Source: Mustelus asterias (taxonomy: Eukaryota). Taken from it: DNA of 64,000 nt. Position 1 is the stretch's first letter; every line of letters starts with the position of its first letter. The stretch covers positions 75,888,001-75,952,000 of the forward strand of contig NC_135802.1 of assembly GCF_964213995.1 (NCBI RefSeq), in the 5' to 3' direction. The notes beneath the pieces are model-generated. The model did no database searches. It was not told where the DNA came from and worked only from the letters and a program-made list of their open reading frames with translations. Of the stretch, positions 23,361-37,395 are shown piece by piece. Made by a program: the position numbers and the translations under genes.

Positions 23361-25256
23361 CATTAGGCCATTCACTATTATGGGGCTGCACACCAGTCTC
23401 GCCTTCCACAATTGCTTTGCTGCCTTCATTCCACCCAGCTCCATTCTTCCACCATAGGCATCAGGGTGGCCATGTTGGGCTCACCTGTATAAGCTCTCTT
23501 CCATTGCAAACACATAGTTAGTCACCCGTCGAACAGAGTCATGGCTAAGATGTTGGTGATCGGCCATTGTAATAATACAAGCAAGTCTCCTGAGTGCAGC
23601 TAATTAGCACTGTCTGACCAGAGAGACTGACGTACATCTGACAGCCAATCCTGACGCCTAGATATCTCTACTGGCAGAGTGCACACCTTTTCTGCAATCT
23701 CTTATTCACTTTCAGTCACATTTAAGGATGCCAGATAAATGGTATGCATTGCACTCCCCTTTCTAGATCCCCTCAGGCCATTGAATCTTTTTCGGCACTA
23801 CAGCCAGGTATGAGGGACAAGCCCTTTGTGCTCTCAATAAGTCTTCTGCTGATGGCAATGGATTTGGGCAGGAAAGGTGTGGCCATGATGCAGAACCTCC
23901 CAGTTTGAGCGAGAGGCTCTTTTCTAGCTGGCCTGTAGCTGCAGCATTATCAGTGATGGCAGGTTTCACCACTGAAAATCTTCCCACATTGTGGAATCAC
24001 AGGTGCCCCCTGAAACAGGCTCACATTTCCAGTTCTGCTCTTGGGAATGTTGTGCCACTGATAAAATTCCATCCATCCTGTGCTGCTGCTGCTGCCTGGC
24101 TTTTAAAATCGGCACCAGCAATTTTATCTCGAGAACCCCTCCTCACCCTGACCCCCACCTTACTGAATGCCTCTCTTAATCAGAGGTTCTGATAAGATTG
24201 CATGTCAGAATCTCCCAGCCCTGCCTTTCAGCTTTGGTGGTGGGAATTTCTGCCTTCAGACAAAATTCCAGCTAGCGTGTAACAGTTGGGAAGGAGGAAC
24301 TCCATACTTAAGAAGGCTCTTAATTGCTTTTCAACTATCAGAATTGGCTTCCCGCCAGACTCAGAGGACTGGGGAAACTGGAAGAGGCCACAATTGCAGC
24401 CTGCTCACGCCAGAGCCCACCTCTAATGGGCTGAGGAAATTTCGCCTACTACATTTTAATGGAACTTTCATGTTGCACTGTATTTCCCTCCCTTGATGTC
24501 TGTGGCCCTTCTCTCTAACTCTTGGTATAAAAGATGTGTCGAGTTGCTAAGAATTCGATATGAACTGCACTGCCACTTAATAACTTTCTTTGTACATTTT
24601 TCATCCAACAGCTACTCACCTTTACTATCAAAAGCGAAAATAATCTGTGAAATCTGAAAAAAAATGATACATTTTACAGATATCTACAGAAACTACTATG
24701 ATATTCTGATCACTGCTAAGCAATTTAATACTGAGGAATCAATTATGGAATATTCTATTTAATCTATCAGTTCCAATCTTTTTCCCTTGGCCATGCACTA
24801 GATGGTGCTGCACCATGTCATAAAATTAAAGCAATTTAGACAAGTCTAAAGGATTAATTTCTAGCACTGGGCAACTCCATTCAGGCATTCACTTTGGTGG
24901 GGTTTCCCTGAATGTAGTGCTGCTTTCAAGCATGTCATTACAGTTCAACAACTTAACACCCGTCCCTTTCTTTGTTGACAGGATCGTGTACTCAAACAAA
25001 ATTGCTGCTGATTATATTTTAGGAGAAATCCACTATACAATGTCATTGTAGTTCAGCAATGTTGTAATATTATAAAGTATAGAAAACCTTAAGTATCAGT
25101 GATCCATCTATAGCCACTTTTGGGAATTGGATCAAGTTCACTTCCACTCATTATAACTGAACCACTTAAGGAACGTGAAAATCCCTCGAGATGTTTTATA
25201 CTCTCCTAATTTTATCACTTCTGCTGTTGAATACAGTAATTCAAAGCTGATATATA

Positions 25257-25382
25257 GGCTGGAATTTTACCGGCCCGCCCACCACGGGAATCAGAATGGG
25301 CGAGGGGCAGACCATGGAATGGTCCGATCCCTCGGGCGGGATTTTACAGTTTCGGGACAAACGAGGCCGTCATATCCCGCCC
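25257..25382. mobile_element. Harbinger-type MITE, TSD ATA
   Basis: ggctggaattttac...atatcccgccc flanked by ata/ata; same family as 27056-27182. Confidence 0.75.
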
Positions 25383-27055
25383 ATAGTGTCAGCAACTGCA
25401 GCTTTTTCATATCTTGCCTGATTGACCACTTCAGTGTGAAAAAGTCAATAGCAAATGTCATGCTGTAATCCTGACCACCTCCACTATCACTGTTAAAGCA
25501 GTTATGAGCAGGGCTTACTGTATAACAGTCACAAGTATAACCTGGCTCTTTTTATTCCCTCCCTTTCCCAGGCAACTGAGACTAGTGTTAACAAGAACAT
25601 ACATTTATAAAGTCATATATTCATTATACCAGAGAAGGAGGCCAGTTCCCCATCAAATTCATGTTGTCTTTATGGTGGAGCAACCTAGTCACTCCTATTT
25701 CCCTGGCATTTTGATTAGTGGCTTTGGAAGCCACACAGAGGGGCTTTGCAGTGAATGGCTGCTGGTTAGACAAGACTGACTTAGAGAAAAAAAACTACCT
25801 CCTCCTGGTCTTCTTTGATTGACAGGGCATTAGGTGCAACTTAGAAAAAAAATCTGTCTAGTTTATCAATTGACTTAATTGCTTACATTGTTATTACAGC
25901 TGAGACTATTATGAATGATTGGCTGGGTTTCAATAGCTCCGAAACACATCTCAGCTGGAGATCTGTGTTTGTGTTTGATTAAAAGCAAAACAGCTGGAAA
26001 AACTCAACAGGTCAGGTAACATCTGTGGAGACAAAAAGTGTTCACATTTCAAGTCAATGACCTTTCATCAGAGCTTATTTTTATTTTAGACATGGTATTT
26101 GTGGGAGTCTGTGGATTTGTAATGAACATTAGTAGACAGCCCATCTCTGGAAATTGAGGCAGAGAAGTAGAGAAAGGGAAGAGTCCAAGATGGACCAGGA
26201 GAAGTGTGAAAGTTAGAAAGAAAGTAAATGACATTTTCCAGTTCATGGTGAGAGCAGGAGATGGCACTGATACAGTTATGAATGCATCATGAAAGATGAT
26301 GGAGGGGCCTGAATAGAACTTGAATAATAAATGTTCCACTTATCCCAGAAAAAGACAGGCAAAACAAGGACCTATGCGAGTACATAGAGTAACACCTAAT
26401 ATTTGCAGAGGGTAAGTAGAGTTGAAGGAGATGTTGTTCAGAGTGAGGACAAGCTCGGCCAGGTGGAGGAGGTTGGTGGTGGATCGAGACTGGTTGGTCT
26501 TCCATTCAAGGAAGAAGCAGAAAGCTCTGAGACTGTCCTGGTGAGGGATGGAGGAGTAGAGGCATTGGAAATCTACAGTGAAGAGAAAACAGTTAGGTCC
26601 AGAAAACCGTTGGAATGACGTAGGGCATTGGAAGAGTTATAGATGTAGGTCAGAAGATTCTGTACAAAGGGAGAAAAGATTCAAAGGGGATAGCTAGAAA
26701 TAAGTTCAGTGGGACAGAGACAGTTTGAAAAAGGTTGATTGGAACAGTCCTGTTTCTGGATTTTGGGAAGGAGGTAGAAGTGGGCTGTTCAGGGTTGGGG
26801 AACTATAAGGTTGGAGCAATGGATGGAAGATCTCCAGAGAACATAAGGCCAGTGATGATCCTGGGCACACTGATTTGATGTTTTGCAGTGGACTCATGAT
26901 TTAGTGGGAGGTAAGAGGAAGTGTCAGAGAGTTCGCGTTCAGCCTCTGTGAGATAGGGCTAGAGGCCAGACAACAACAGCACTAACTTTGTCAGTGAGCT
27001 TAATGACAATGTTAGGATTTGACCTCAGAGAGAGAGAGAGAGAGAGGAATGTTGT

Positions 27056-27182
27056 GGCTGGAATTTTACCACCCCGCCCACCACAGGAATTGGAGCAGGC
27101 GAGGGGCGGGCAATGGGAAGGTCCATTGTTCTCGGACGGGATTTTACGGTTTCAGGAAGAGCAAGCCCGTAAAATCACACCC
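27056..27182. mobile_element. Harbinger-type MITE, TSD TGT
   Basis: ggctggaattttac...gtaaaatcacaccc flanked by tgt/tgt. Confidence 0.75.
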
Positions 27183-27289
27183 TGTAAGTTAGAGGGAGCT
27201 AAGTTAGAGTGACTGAAAGGAGCAGATATTGAGATGGCTGATGGCCCACTGGCAGTTCTCAATGAAAAGTTCGAGAGAGATTAAGAGGT

Positions 27290-27545
27290 CCAAGACAGGG
27301 GTCGAGGTGGAGATATCAGAGGGATGTTTTTTACACAGAGAGTGGTGGGGGCCTGGAATGCGCTGCCAAGTAGGGTGGTGGAGGCAGACACGCTGGTATC
27401 ATTTAAGACTTACCTGGATAGTCACATGAGCAGTCTGGGAATGGAGGGATACAAATGAATGGTCTAGTTGGACCAATGAGCGGCACAGGCTTGGAGGGCC
27501 GAAGGGCCTGTTTCCTGTGCTGTACTGTACTGTTCTTTGTTCTTT
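27290..27545 (+). mobile_element. CR1 3' end, nearly identical to 1513-1737
   Basis: agatatcagagggatgttttttacacagagagtgg...gctgtactgtactgttctttgttcttt. Confidence 0.9.
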
Positions 27546-28579
27546 AAGGAGGGAGAATATTGGAGACAGTTGAAGGGATCCATTAAGTGGGGAGAAGACT
27601 CCTGCTCAAAGAAGAGCACAGAAGCGGAGGCGATGAAAGAAGAACATAGTGTTTGTGCCAAGCTCAAAATTCATTGAAGTGGGGATGGAAGGAGATGAAG
27701 CTGAAGCTTTTGCTAAGGCAAAGCTTTCAGAATCAGAGAGGGGAAGATCAGAAAGGTATCTGAAAGGTGGTGAATATACAGCAAGGGTTAGACTTGAGGA
27801 AGAAGGGGTCAGAGGGAAGGGGAGGAAGGATCCAGATGGGTGTTGGTATCCATGAGTTGACAAAGCTTGTGATCGTTCCAACCTTAAAGGAATATAAAGG
27901 TTTTTGGTTAAATTGTCGAATGAGGCAAAGGCTGAAATGGAACTGTGGACCAAGACAGCTTTGAAATAGTGTGAGTCAGTGTTGCTTAAGGGAGAGATGG
28001 AGAGTCTGCATATGGCTTTGAGAGTGTGCTTTAGGATGCAGTAAGTACAGTGGTTTGAGGAGTTCTGGATGTCTTGGAGATATCAAGAAGGGTGAAATTT
28101 AATTTGGAATCCACAAGGAATAAGATCAAACAGGAGACCGTTGCTGAGAAAAGAAATGCAGCTATGGAAGTAGGGTTTTGTTTAGATATCAGATCAAACA
28201 CGAGAAAGGAAATAGAAAGTGAACGATGTAGAAGAGTCAAATGGAAATACCATTGGAGAAAAGAGCAGAGCCTTTACACACTCTGTGAAATGACAGTGAT
28301 TTAAACAACAAATAATATATTAATGTTTTGATTGACATTTTTAGAAGTTATTAAAATAATATCTGTCTTTGATGTGGTCACAGATTGGCCACTTGAAGGG
28401 ATTTATATTTTTTTGATTGGGTTTCATGAAAGAGAGTAATTTTCAGTATCAAATGTGTCTAAGAGTTCAATTAGATTGTTAGAAGCTTATTCTTTATTCA
28501 CCTCCTGATGATTCCTGAGGTTTGCCCATATTGGACACTGGGTGAGTGGCTATAGAGGATACATGGACAACATAGAGGT

Positions 28580-28862
28580 CATGATGTGGAGATGCTGACG
28601 TTGGACTGGGGTGAACACAGTAAGAGTTTTAATAACAACAGGTTAAAGTCCAACAGGTTTATTTGGTAGCAAATGCCATTAGCTTTCGGAGTGCTGCTCC
28701 TTCATCAGATGGAATGGATATCTGCTCTCAAAATTGTCTCTGTATGCCGTGTTTGAGAGCAGATATCCACTCCATCTGACGAAGGAGCAGCGCTTCGAAA
28801 GCTAATGGCATTTGCTACCAAATAAACCTGTTGGACTTTAACCTGGTGTTGTTAAAACTCTT
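28580..28862. mobile_element. Palindromic PLE pLTR pair with hammerhead motifs on both strands; 13-bp TSD
   Basis: Inverted arms ~28620-28732 / ~28752-28864. Hammerheads at 28676-28712(-) and 28772-28808(+). TSD acaacat(a/g)gaggt at 28567-28579 and 28863-28875. Confidence 0.9.
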
Positions 28863-29204
28863 ACAACATGGAGGTGGCATGGGTTGTATTGGGAGTGTTG
28901 ATGTGGCATGGGGATATGGAGGGGATGTGGGATGTGTGTGGGTTGAGGGGGATGAGTTGTGAGGGTTTGAGTGCTTGACATTCATTATTGTAACAGGGCT
29001 GATGACTCAGTTCCAGTCTGCCAGCTTGGTGGCCCACCTCGGATCTGATTCTAGCCCATCCCTGCCTCCCTGGAATGGAAATATGGTCGGCAGGAGCCTT
29101 TTTAAAGGACATGGATCTGCTAGGTCAGGAGAATTCTGGACTTAATCTTCCGACCTCCTCCAAAACAATTTGACCCAATCTTATCTTTATTTGTGAAGCT
29201 GAAG

Positions 29205-29720
29205 ATTGGAGGGTGGCAAATGTTGTGCCTTTGTTTAAAAAGGGCTGCAGGGAAAATCCTGGGAACTACTGGCCAGTGAACCTCACATCTGTAGTGGGTA
29301 AATTGTTGGAAGGTAATCTGAGAGATAGGATCTACAGGCATTTAAAGATGCAAGGACTGATTACAGACAGTCAGCATGGCTTTGTGAGTGGAAAATCATG
29401 TCTCACAAATTTATTGAGTTTTTTGAAGGAGAAACCAGGAAGGTAGATGAGGGCAGTACAGTTGATGTTGTCTACATGGACTTTAGCAAGGCCTTTGACA
29501 AGGTACCGCATGGTAGGTTGTTGCATAAGGTTAAATCTCACAGGATCCAGGGTGAGGTAGCCAAATTGATACAAAATTGGCTTGATGTCAGAAGACAGAG
29601 GGTGGTTGCAGAGAGTTGTTTTTCACACTGGAGGCTTGTGACCAGCGGTGTGCCTCAGGGATAAAGTTGGGCCGAAGGGCCTGTTTCCATGCTGTCAACC
29701 TCTTTGACTGACTCTATGAC
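29205..29720 (+). mobile_element. CR1 RT fragment fused directly to the 3' tail (internal deletion)
   Basis: ORFs 29213-29446 and 29398-29664 end at GVPQG, followed immediately by ttgggccgaagggcctgtttcc. Confidence 0.85.
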
Positions 29721-30562
29721 TCTGGTATAGGCTTTGCTAATTAATCTCTCAATATGTCCAGCCACCTTCAAAGATCTATGCACAGGAAGCCCCAGATTCC
29801 CCTCTGTTCCTGAACACTATTTGAACTGTGTCATTAAATCTATATTGTCTGTCCTAATTCCTTCTAATAAAATGCATCACCTCACACTTCTCTGTACTAA
29901 ATTCCATCTGTCACTTGTCTACACACCTACTAACCTATCCATGTCCAGTTGCAGTCAGTTGCTATCATGCTCACTGTTTGTTACTCCTCTAAGTTTGCTA
30001 TCATTGGCAAATTCTGAAATATTATTCTTTATTTCAATAACCAAGTCTTATACATACAGCAAGTAAGGAAAAGTCTTAGACTGACCCTTGGGGAACAACA
30101 CTATCTACTGTTCCCCAGTCTGAAAAATAACCATTTACCATATCTCGTTATATTCTGTCCTCGAGTTAATTTTTTCATGTGGAAACTTTATCATAAAAAA
30201 TCCTCCTGAGGCTTTTCACATGGGTGCAATCAGAAAAAAGGTCTACTGAACCAAGGAAAAAATACTGGAGTGGTGACAGAAAGTTTGATCACAGAGATGG
30301 GTTTCCAGGAGGAGAGAGAGGTGGAGATGCAAAGGGGTTACAGGGGCAGTTTTAATGTGAGGGGAGTAGGCAGCTGAAGATACAGATGTACCAATAGTGG
30401 GAGAAAGGAAAGAACGAGTGTATGAATGAGTGAAAATAATGACCATTTTGTTTTATTCATTCACAGGATATGGGCATCTCTGGCTAGACCCATTTATTGC
30501 CCATCCCTAATTGCCCTTAAGAAGATGGTGGTGGGTCACCTTCTTGAACCGCTGCAGTCCAT

Positions 30563-30683
30563 GGCTGGAATTTTACTGCCTCACCCGCCCTGAAATTGGG
30601 GCGGGCAAGGCTCGCAGAACGGCATTCTCCGTTGGCTTTGGGCGGGACCTTACGAGTCTCGGGCAAGATGGTAAAATTCCAGC
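30563..30683. mobile_element. Harbinger-type MITE (family of 9693-9815)
   Basis: ggctggaattttac...ggtaaaattccagc. Confidence 0.7.
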
Positions 30684-32114
30684 ATGTGTGTTTGAGCTGC
30701 ACCCACCGTGCTGTTAGGGAGGAATTCCAGGATTTTGACCCAGTGTAGTTGACGTACGATGATTGCTAAGGCACAGGACATTAACATTGTCTGGAATTGA
30801 GGGGGGCGAGCATTGCAGTGGTATGAGGCTGTTATATAATTGTAATACTTTAAGTTAAATTTATACTTGTGTGTTAAGAATGGTGAAGCATGGTTCTCAT
30901 TGCACTTAAAGGTTTTTTTGGAGCTGAATGTGGGAAGTCTCGAGGTCCTGTTTGTATAGATGCATTTTAAATGTGGTTTTACAACATCTGAAGTGAAGAG
31001 CTAGGTTACAGAGGAATTAGTATTTTAGTGAATTCAGAGAATAAAAAGATAAAGTAGAAAAACATGTGCTGTTGCCCAGCAATAGGGGTCCAGGGACACA
31101 GACACATGGAAAGACAGTTGGGCAGTCAGTCCGTGTGTGTGTGCCACAGAGTGGAGGCAGAAGTTCTAAGCTCTCTAGTAAGAAATCTTGCAAGACCGCT
31201 GGGAACTGAGTTTGGGTAATGCACGTGTTTGCCCTGAAGTTGAAATAATAGTGAGTTAGATGGCAGTTTTTGGGTGTCTCAGGGAGAGATGACAGTTTGG
31301 GGCAAAGCATCCAGTGAATGTACAGAATCCTGCTGGAAGAACATCGGTTGTAACTGAGCCAGCCCAAGCAAGAAGCCTTGGTGTTTAGATAGTGGTAAAT
31401 CTTCACTTGGTTTTTGTGTCTGTCAGGGGATTGTTGGGATGAGTTTGAATCATTTTCGGGGGTTTGTACTGAAATCTTTCCAAGCTTTCCAAGTGTAATA
31501 TAGTAATTTTTCTTGTTTAATAAACATTTTATTCTTTGTGTTAAAAGTACACCGATAGACTGTTATGAATGTGTTTAGTAACTGACCTCCACAGATTCTA
31601 AAAAAGAAAATTAGGATCTATGAGCCAGGTTTCACTCTGGGATCGGACTTAACAACAGCTGAATTATAGCACTGTACAGTTTCAGAGGTTGACAGCCCCA
31701 TTTCAAATAATGTAAGTCAATTAACTGAGGACAGATCTTGAGCAGCATGTGTTCAGCTTTTGATGAGGGAAGTGAGCACGTCTGCACTGGAATTATGCTT
31801 GACGATTGAACCCCCAACTCTTCATCCCTGCGCCCCTGCTGGCGCTGGCATCGGAAGGTTAAAAGAAATTCCAACATAAAATGGTGAGAGGGTTAAATCA
31901 CAATCAGCATCGGCACACTCTCCCCGATCTCAATCTGGACCAATGAATTCTGAAGTTCTATTGGGGATTTTCATGGCAAAACCAGGTAAGCGATTGAAAA
32001 CGACTCTTTATGCAGCTTCTAGGGCCACCACAGAAGCGAAGGCAGAAGATTGAGAGAATGTCTGAGGAAATAGAAATTTAGGAGCATCTATGTTCAATAA
32101 ATATGAGGCACAGT

Positions 32115-32253
32115 GGCCGGAATTCTCCCATCCTGCCTGCCACTGGAATTTTAGCGGGCGAGTTGCGGACAATGTTGCGGACAATGTGAAACGCATTGAC
32201 AGTTGGGCGGGAATTTCCGGCTTTTAGACCAGTGTGGCCAGAGAATTCCGCCC
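32115..32253. mobile_element. Harbinger-type MITE
   Basis: ggccggaattctc...gagaattccgccc; flanks agt/aat. Confidence 0.7.
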
Positions 32254-32934
32254 AATTTTCTTAGTAACGTTATCTGAGTTAAGCTGAGATTCTGAACTTT
32301 CATCCATGAATAGCATATAGTAATTTAATTCGACTTAGGAAGCAGACAAGCTAGCTACAACCTGCACCTGACCAGGCTGTCAAAATAGCTATTACACTCA
32401 TAACTGCCCATTATGATTCTGTAATAGTTTTTACACAGCTTAAAGAAATAATTCAGTAGTAAAAAGTTATTACTACTGACTGTAATAGGTTGTGGGCATT
32501 CTAAAATTGCCAGCTCCAGGAGGTATTCCTCGAGGGTTTTTTTGTGACATCTTCCCACATGACACTGTCTAGGAATAAGGGTCACTCATTTGAGACAGAT
32601 GAGGAGAATTGTTTTCTCTCATGGTGCCATGGGTTTCTGGAACTCTCTTCCTCAAAAGGCAGTGGAAGCAGAATATTTGACTATATTTAAGGATGAGCTA
32701 GATGGAGTTTTGATTAACAAGGGGGTGAAAGGTTATTGGGGGTATGCTATTGAGTTAACAACCAGGTCAGCCATGGTCTTATTGAATGGTGGTGCAGGCT
32801 GACGAGCCTACTCCTACTCCTAATTTGTGTGACATCAAATCACATGAGGTCAGATGACAAAATATCTGAGCACATGACTTGCATAAATGTTATTGAATTT
32901 TTCTTATAAAGCTTGGGTTCCTTATAGGGGTGAA

Positions 32935-33290
32935 TGTGGTGCAGTTATAATGTTGCTGGATTAGTAATCCAGAGATGCAGGGCAAGATCTGGTGACCCAG
33001 GTTTGAATCCCACCATGGCAAATGGTGGAATTAGAATTCAACAAATGTCTGGAATTAAAAGTCTGATGACGACCATGAAATGATTATTGACTGTTGTAAA
33101 AATCCATCTGGTTCACTAATGGCGTTTAGTGAAAGGAAATCTGCTGTCCTTACCTGGTCTGGCCTACAAATGACTCCAGATCCACTGCACCGTGGATAAT
33201 TCCCAAATGCCTTCTGAAATGGGGGGCAGTTAGGGATGGACAATAAATGCAGGTCTAGCAAGTGACTCTCATGTTCCAAAAATGAATTTT
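32935..33290 (+). mobile_element. tRNA-derived shark SINE
   Basis: B box ggtttgaatccc; core aggaaatctgctgtccttacctggtctggcct; other copies at ~45115-45470(-) and ~51478-51715(+). Confidence 0.7.
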
Positions 33291-33799
33291 TAAAAAGCTG
33301 AGAATCTTCATTTCACACCAGCAGCTGTTGTGCGACAAACCATGAGCAGGTGAAATGGAGAAATCATTTTCTTCACCTCTCAACTCAAGCCTGCTGCCTT
33401 CATCTTTCCCTCCATGACTGACCTTCTCTGCACCTTCACTGTAGCTATAACACTACATTCTGCATTCTGTTCCACTACCCTGATGTATTTATGTATGATA
33501 TGATTTATATGGATAGCACGCAAACAATATTTTTCACTGCATCTAGGTACATGCGACAATAATAAATCAAATCAAAAATCAAGTTCCCATTCCCTAGTCA
33601 TCTTCTCCCTCAACTCTCAAGCCTCCTTGATTTTAGGGAACACCTGACATTTTCCCCACTCCCCTTTTCCCAACTCTATCACCACCACTCCCCCAACTGG
33701 ATTTGTAACTGCCGGTCACATTTCCATGAGGATATTGGATCTGACCGTAGCTGATGATGAGTTCCACAGAAAAGGCAGGGAAATAGTTGTGTTCAAAAT

Positions 33800-36070
33800 G
33801 CACCACAATACCTGGAGAATTTAAATGTACTTAATTAGGTAGCAGCAATGGTGGCTATGAAAGTACCAGATTATTGTTCATTGATGCCCTTTAGGTAAGA
33901 AAATCTGCTGTCATTATCCAGTCTGGTCTATATGTGACTCCAGATCCACAGCAATGTAGTTAATTTTCAAAACCCCTTTGAAATGGCCTTGCAAGCCACT
34001 CACTTGTATCAAAATTGTTATGAAAATTAATAAGAATAAAGCCAAATGGACTGCCTGGCAATGACCTGCAGCACCAGACATGACAAACACTCAGTGCATT
34101 GTGCAAAATCCTCCTCACTGTCAGTTGGGGGCTTGTGCCAAGATTGGGAGAGCTGCCCTATAGACTAGTCAAGCAAAAGTCTGACACAGTCATATCCATC
34201 AAATCATACCTTACAACCAATGAACCAAACTCCTCCATCACCATTCCTGGGTATGCCCTGCCCCATCAGCATGACAGACCCACCAGAGGTGATGGAACAG
34301 TGTATACAATTGTCAGGGTGTTGTCCAGGGAGTCCTAAACATTCCAGAACCCATGAAAACTCCAAACATCAGGTCAAACAGTGGGCAAGGAAGCCTTCTG
34401 CTGATTGTCACCCTTCACCTTCCCTCAGCTGATGAATCAACACTTCTCCATGTTAAACAACACTTGGAAGGAGCACTGAATGTAGAGTGGGTGGGTAATG
34501 TCAATGTCTATTTCCAAGAGTGGTTTTCAGTAGCACCACCACTGACCAAATTGGCCTAAACCGGGATCTTGGGTTTATGTCACACTATCAGTAACCCCCA
34601 CAGCTTGCCTCTGGGACTTGCAGAATCTCACTGGCTGTCCTGTCTGGAGGCAATACACATCTCTTTAAACTGTGCTTAATGCTCCCTCCACTCACATTGT
34701 CTGTATCGTTAAGACCTGGTTGGCTGTAGAGATTCGCATTCTAATCAGTATTCTGTAACTTGATTTTGTGTCTCTGTATGCCCTGTTTGAGAGCAGATAT
34801 CCACTCCATCTGACAAAGGAGCAGCGCTCCGAAAGCTAATGACATTTGCTACCAAATAAACCTGTTGGACTTTAACCTGGTGTTGTTAAAACTCTTACCA
34901 AATTGAGTCTATCCAGCATTTTCTATCTTTATTTCAGATTTCTAGCAATTGCAGTATCTTACTGTTGGATCAAATCAAAGCTCTGCTGTTCTGTTATGTC
35001 CTGAAGGTGGACATTAAACAACTAAATGGAGGAGAAAGGTCCACAATGATCCCCACCCTCAGTGATGGGCAAGCCTGGAACATCAGAGCGAAATAAAAAA
35101 CTAAACTGTTTGCAACTGTCTTTAACCATAAGTGTTGAGTGGATGATCTATCTTGGCCTCCTCCTGAGGTTCCATACTCAAAGGTGGAAGTCTTCCAATA
35201 AGTTGATTCACTCCGCTGAGATTAAAAAGAAGCTGGGTACAGCAAAGCTATGGGCCCTAACGACATCCAGTAGTACTGAAAGACGTTTTCCAGAAATAGC
35301 CACACCCCTGGCCAATCTGTTCTAGCACAGTTACCTTACTGGCATCTACCTGACAATGTGGAAAATTGCCCAGTATGTCCCCTTCGCAAAAAGGACAAAT
35401 CAAACCTGGCCAATTACTGCCTCATTGGTCTATTCTGAATAATCAACCACTGACCAGAAACCTAACTGTGTGGGCCACATAAATACTGTCAGAGGCTGGC
35501 TGTGATGAATGGCTCATCACCTGACTCTGGAAAGCCTTTCCACCACCATCTATGAAGTAGATATCAGGAGTATGAAGGACAACTGGATGAGCGCAGCTCC
35601 AACAACACTCCAAGCAGCCAAACACCATTCAGGAGAAACAGCCTGCTTGCTCAGCACCCATTCACAATCTTAAAGATTCATTACCTCCACCACCAGCACC
35701 CAGTAACAGCATTGTGTACTGTCTACAAGATGTACTGTAACACCTCATCAAACCTCCTTTGACTGCAACTTTGACTGCAACTTTGAAACCCTACCACCTA
35801 GAAGAACAAGAGCATCAGGTTAATTGGAGCACTAGAACCTGCAATTTCCCCTTCAAGTCACACACCATCCTGACGTGAAATGATATGGTTATTCCTTCAG
35901 TGTTACTGCACCAAATTCCAGTAATCCCCTTCCTGATAGCACTATGGCTATACCCACACCACGCCGTTTTCAGTGGTTCAAGAATGCAGTTTACCACCAG
36001 TGTTTCAAGGGCAATTGTCAATAAATGTTGGCTTTGCCAATGATGTCCATGCCCCACAAATGAAAAAAGA
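33800..36070 (+). mobile_element. Old CR1/L2-group LINE remnant (endonuclease and RT fragments) interrupted by a PLE
   Basis: ITIPGYAL..HDRPTRGDGTV (APE endonuclease-like); GIYLTMWKIAQ, DKSNLANYCLI; 3' tail shared with the SINE at 33220-33290. Confidence 0.65.
34554..34896 (+). mobile_element. 5'-truncated PLE (ORF end ...LNRDLGFMSHYQ* plus pLTR), 9-bp TSD
   Basis: TSD accaaattg at 34545-34553 and 34897-34905; decayed hammerhead at 34806-34842. Confidence 0.85.
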
Positions 36071-37395
36071 ATGAAAATTTAAGCAGGATATTGTAAACTT
36101 CTTGTCAAAACATAGTAGGCTGAAAGAACAAAGTAAAAATACACCAGCAGTAAAAAAGATCTTGCATTGATATAGCATCCTATTAATCTCTCAGGATCTC
36201 CTGAAGTACTTTACATCAAATGAATAACTTTTTGAAAATACATCATCTTTATGTGTATGAATGTGATAGCCAGCTGGCACATAGCAAAGCCCCAGAGGCG
36301 AATGGCCAATTCCTCAATAGTTTTTAGTGGTGTTGGCTGTGAACAGAATGTTCGCCTCCTTTTTGCCTTTTTTAGATAGTGCTGTGGATATTTTTGTTTA
36401 TTTCTGAGCAGACAGACAAACTACTGGCAGCACCATTGATGCAGTACTTCCTCTGTACCACTGAAGTGTCAGATGAGATTTCTGGATTGAAGAATTAACT
36501 CCAGGACCTATCTGACTCAGAGAAAAGTCCTGCCAATTAAGCTGAGATGCCAAGAATCATTAAAATAGCAACATTTGTGTGAATTGCGATATTTATTAGC
36601 TTTAATGCAACATTAAGTAGTGTTTCTGTAGCCAGTCAAGTTATGAAGAAGGTCTAAATTGGCCTGAAAACAGCTGTTAAAAATATTATTTGCACTTATA
36701 TATTAAAGGGCAGAAACCCGACAAAATAGTGTAGGGAATGGAAAGTGCAGTGGGACAACTTCCTGCTACTTTGATCTGCTACTGATATCCACCAAAATGT
36801 CAAGGATGGGGTAAATTATATAGTCAAAGGAAGTCTGCACAATGCAAGTGACTGCCCCACAGCAGCAACAGATCCCAGAGTTGTACCGTGCTACTTCAAG
36901 GCGAGGGACCTGAGACATACACGAGATAGTAGAAAAAGTATCATACATTCTTTGATGTCTAAGACAAGAGGCAAAAGGGCCAAATGGAAATAGCCTTCAA
37001 TCTTCAGGCTCTCTTTAAGCCAGGGTTGGCTCCTAGACTTGTTTTAGGGGCAAGTGCTTGGGCAGGGATCCTGGGGAAGCATGAGAATGCACCAAATTGC
37101 TGGAATAATGTAACAGGATTGGGCAGAAGACACACCTACATCCCCCTGGGGTACGATTCCATTGTTTTGAATCAATGGGAGATTAACTGAGGAAAGATGT
37201 TATCCCTCTCCAGTTACAGCTCTCAATCTGACATGCGCAATTTATGCCCTTACACCTTGAAAAGCAGTGTAATAAAAAATATAGATAAGATAGGATATGC
37301 ATTCTTTGCCTACTTCTGCTCCTATTTCTTTTGTTATCATATTTCAATTGACTTTCTATTTTCTCCAAACATGAAGAATTTCTCAGCATAGTAAT

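Larger units (their letters stand above)
25980..28270 (-). mobile_element. Decayed Penelope-like element (RT region) with a nested MITE and CR1 tail
   Basis: Minus strand ~26310-26470 reads LLHLAELVLTLNNISFNSTYPLQILGVTLCTRIGPCFACLFLG*VEHLLF (PLE RT motif); pLTR remnant at 25980-26075. Confidence 0.7.
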
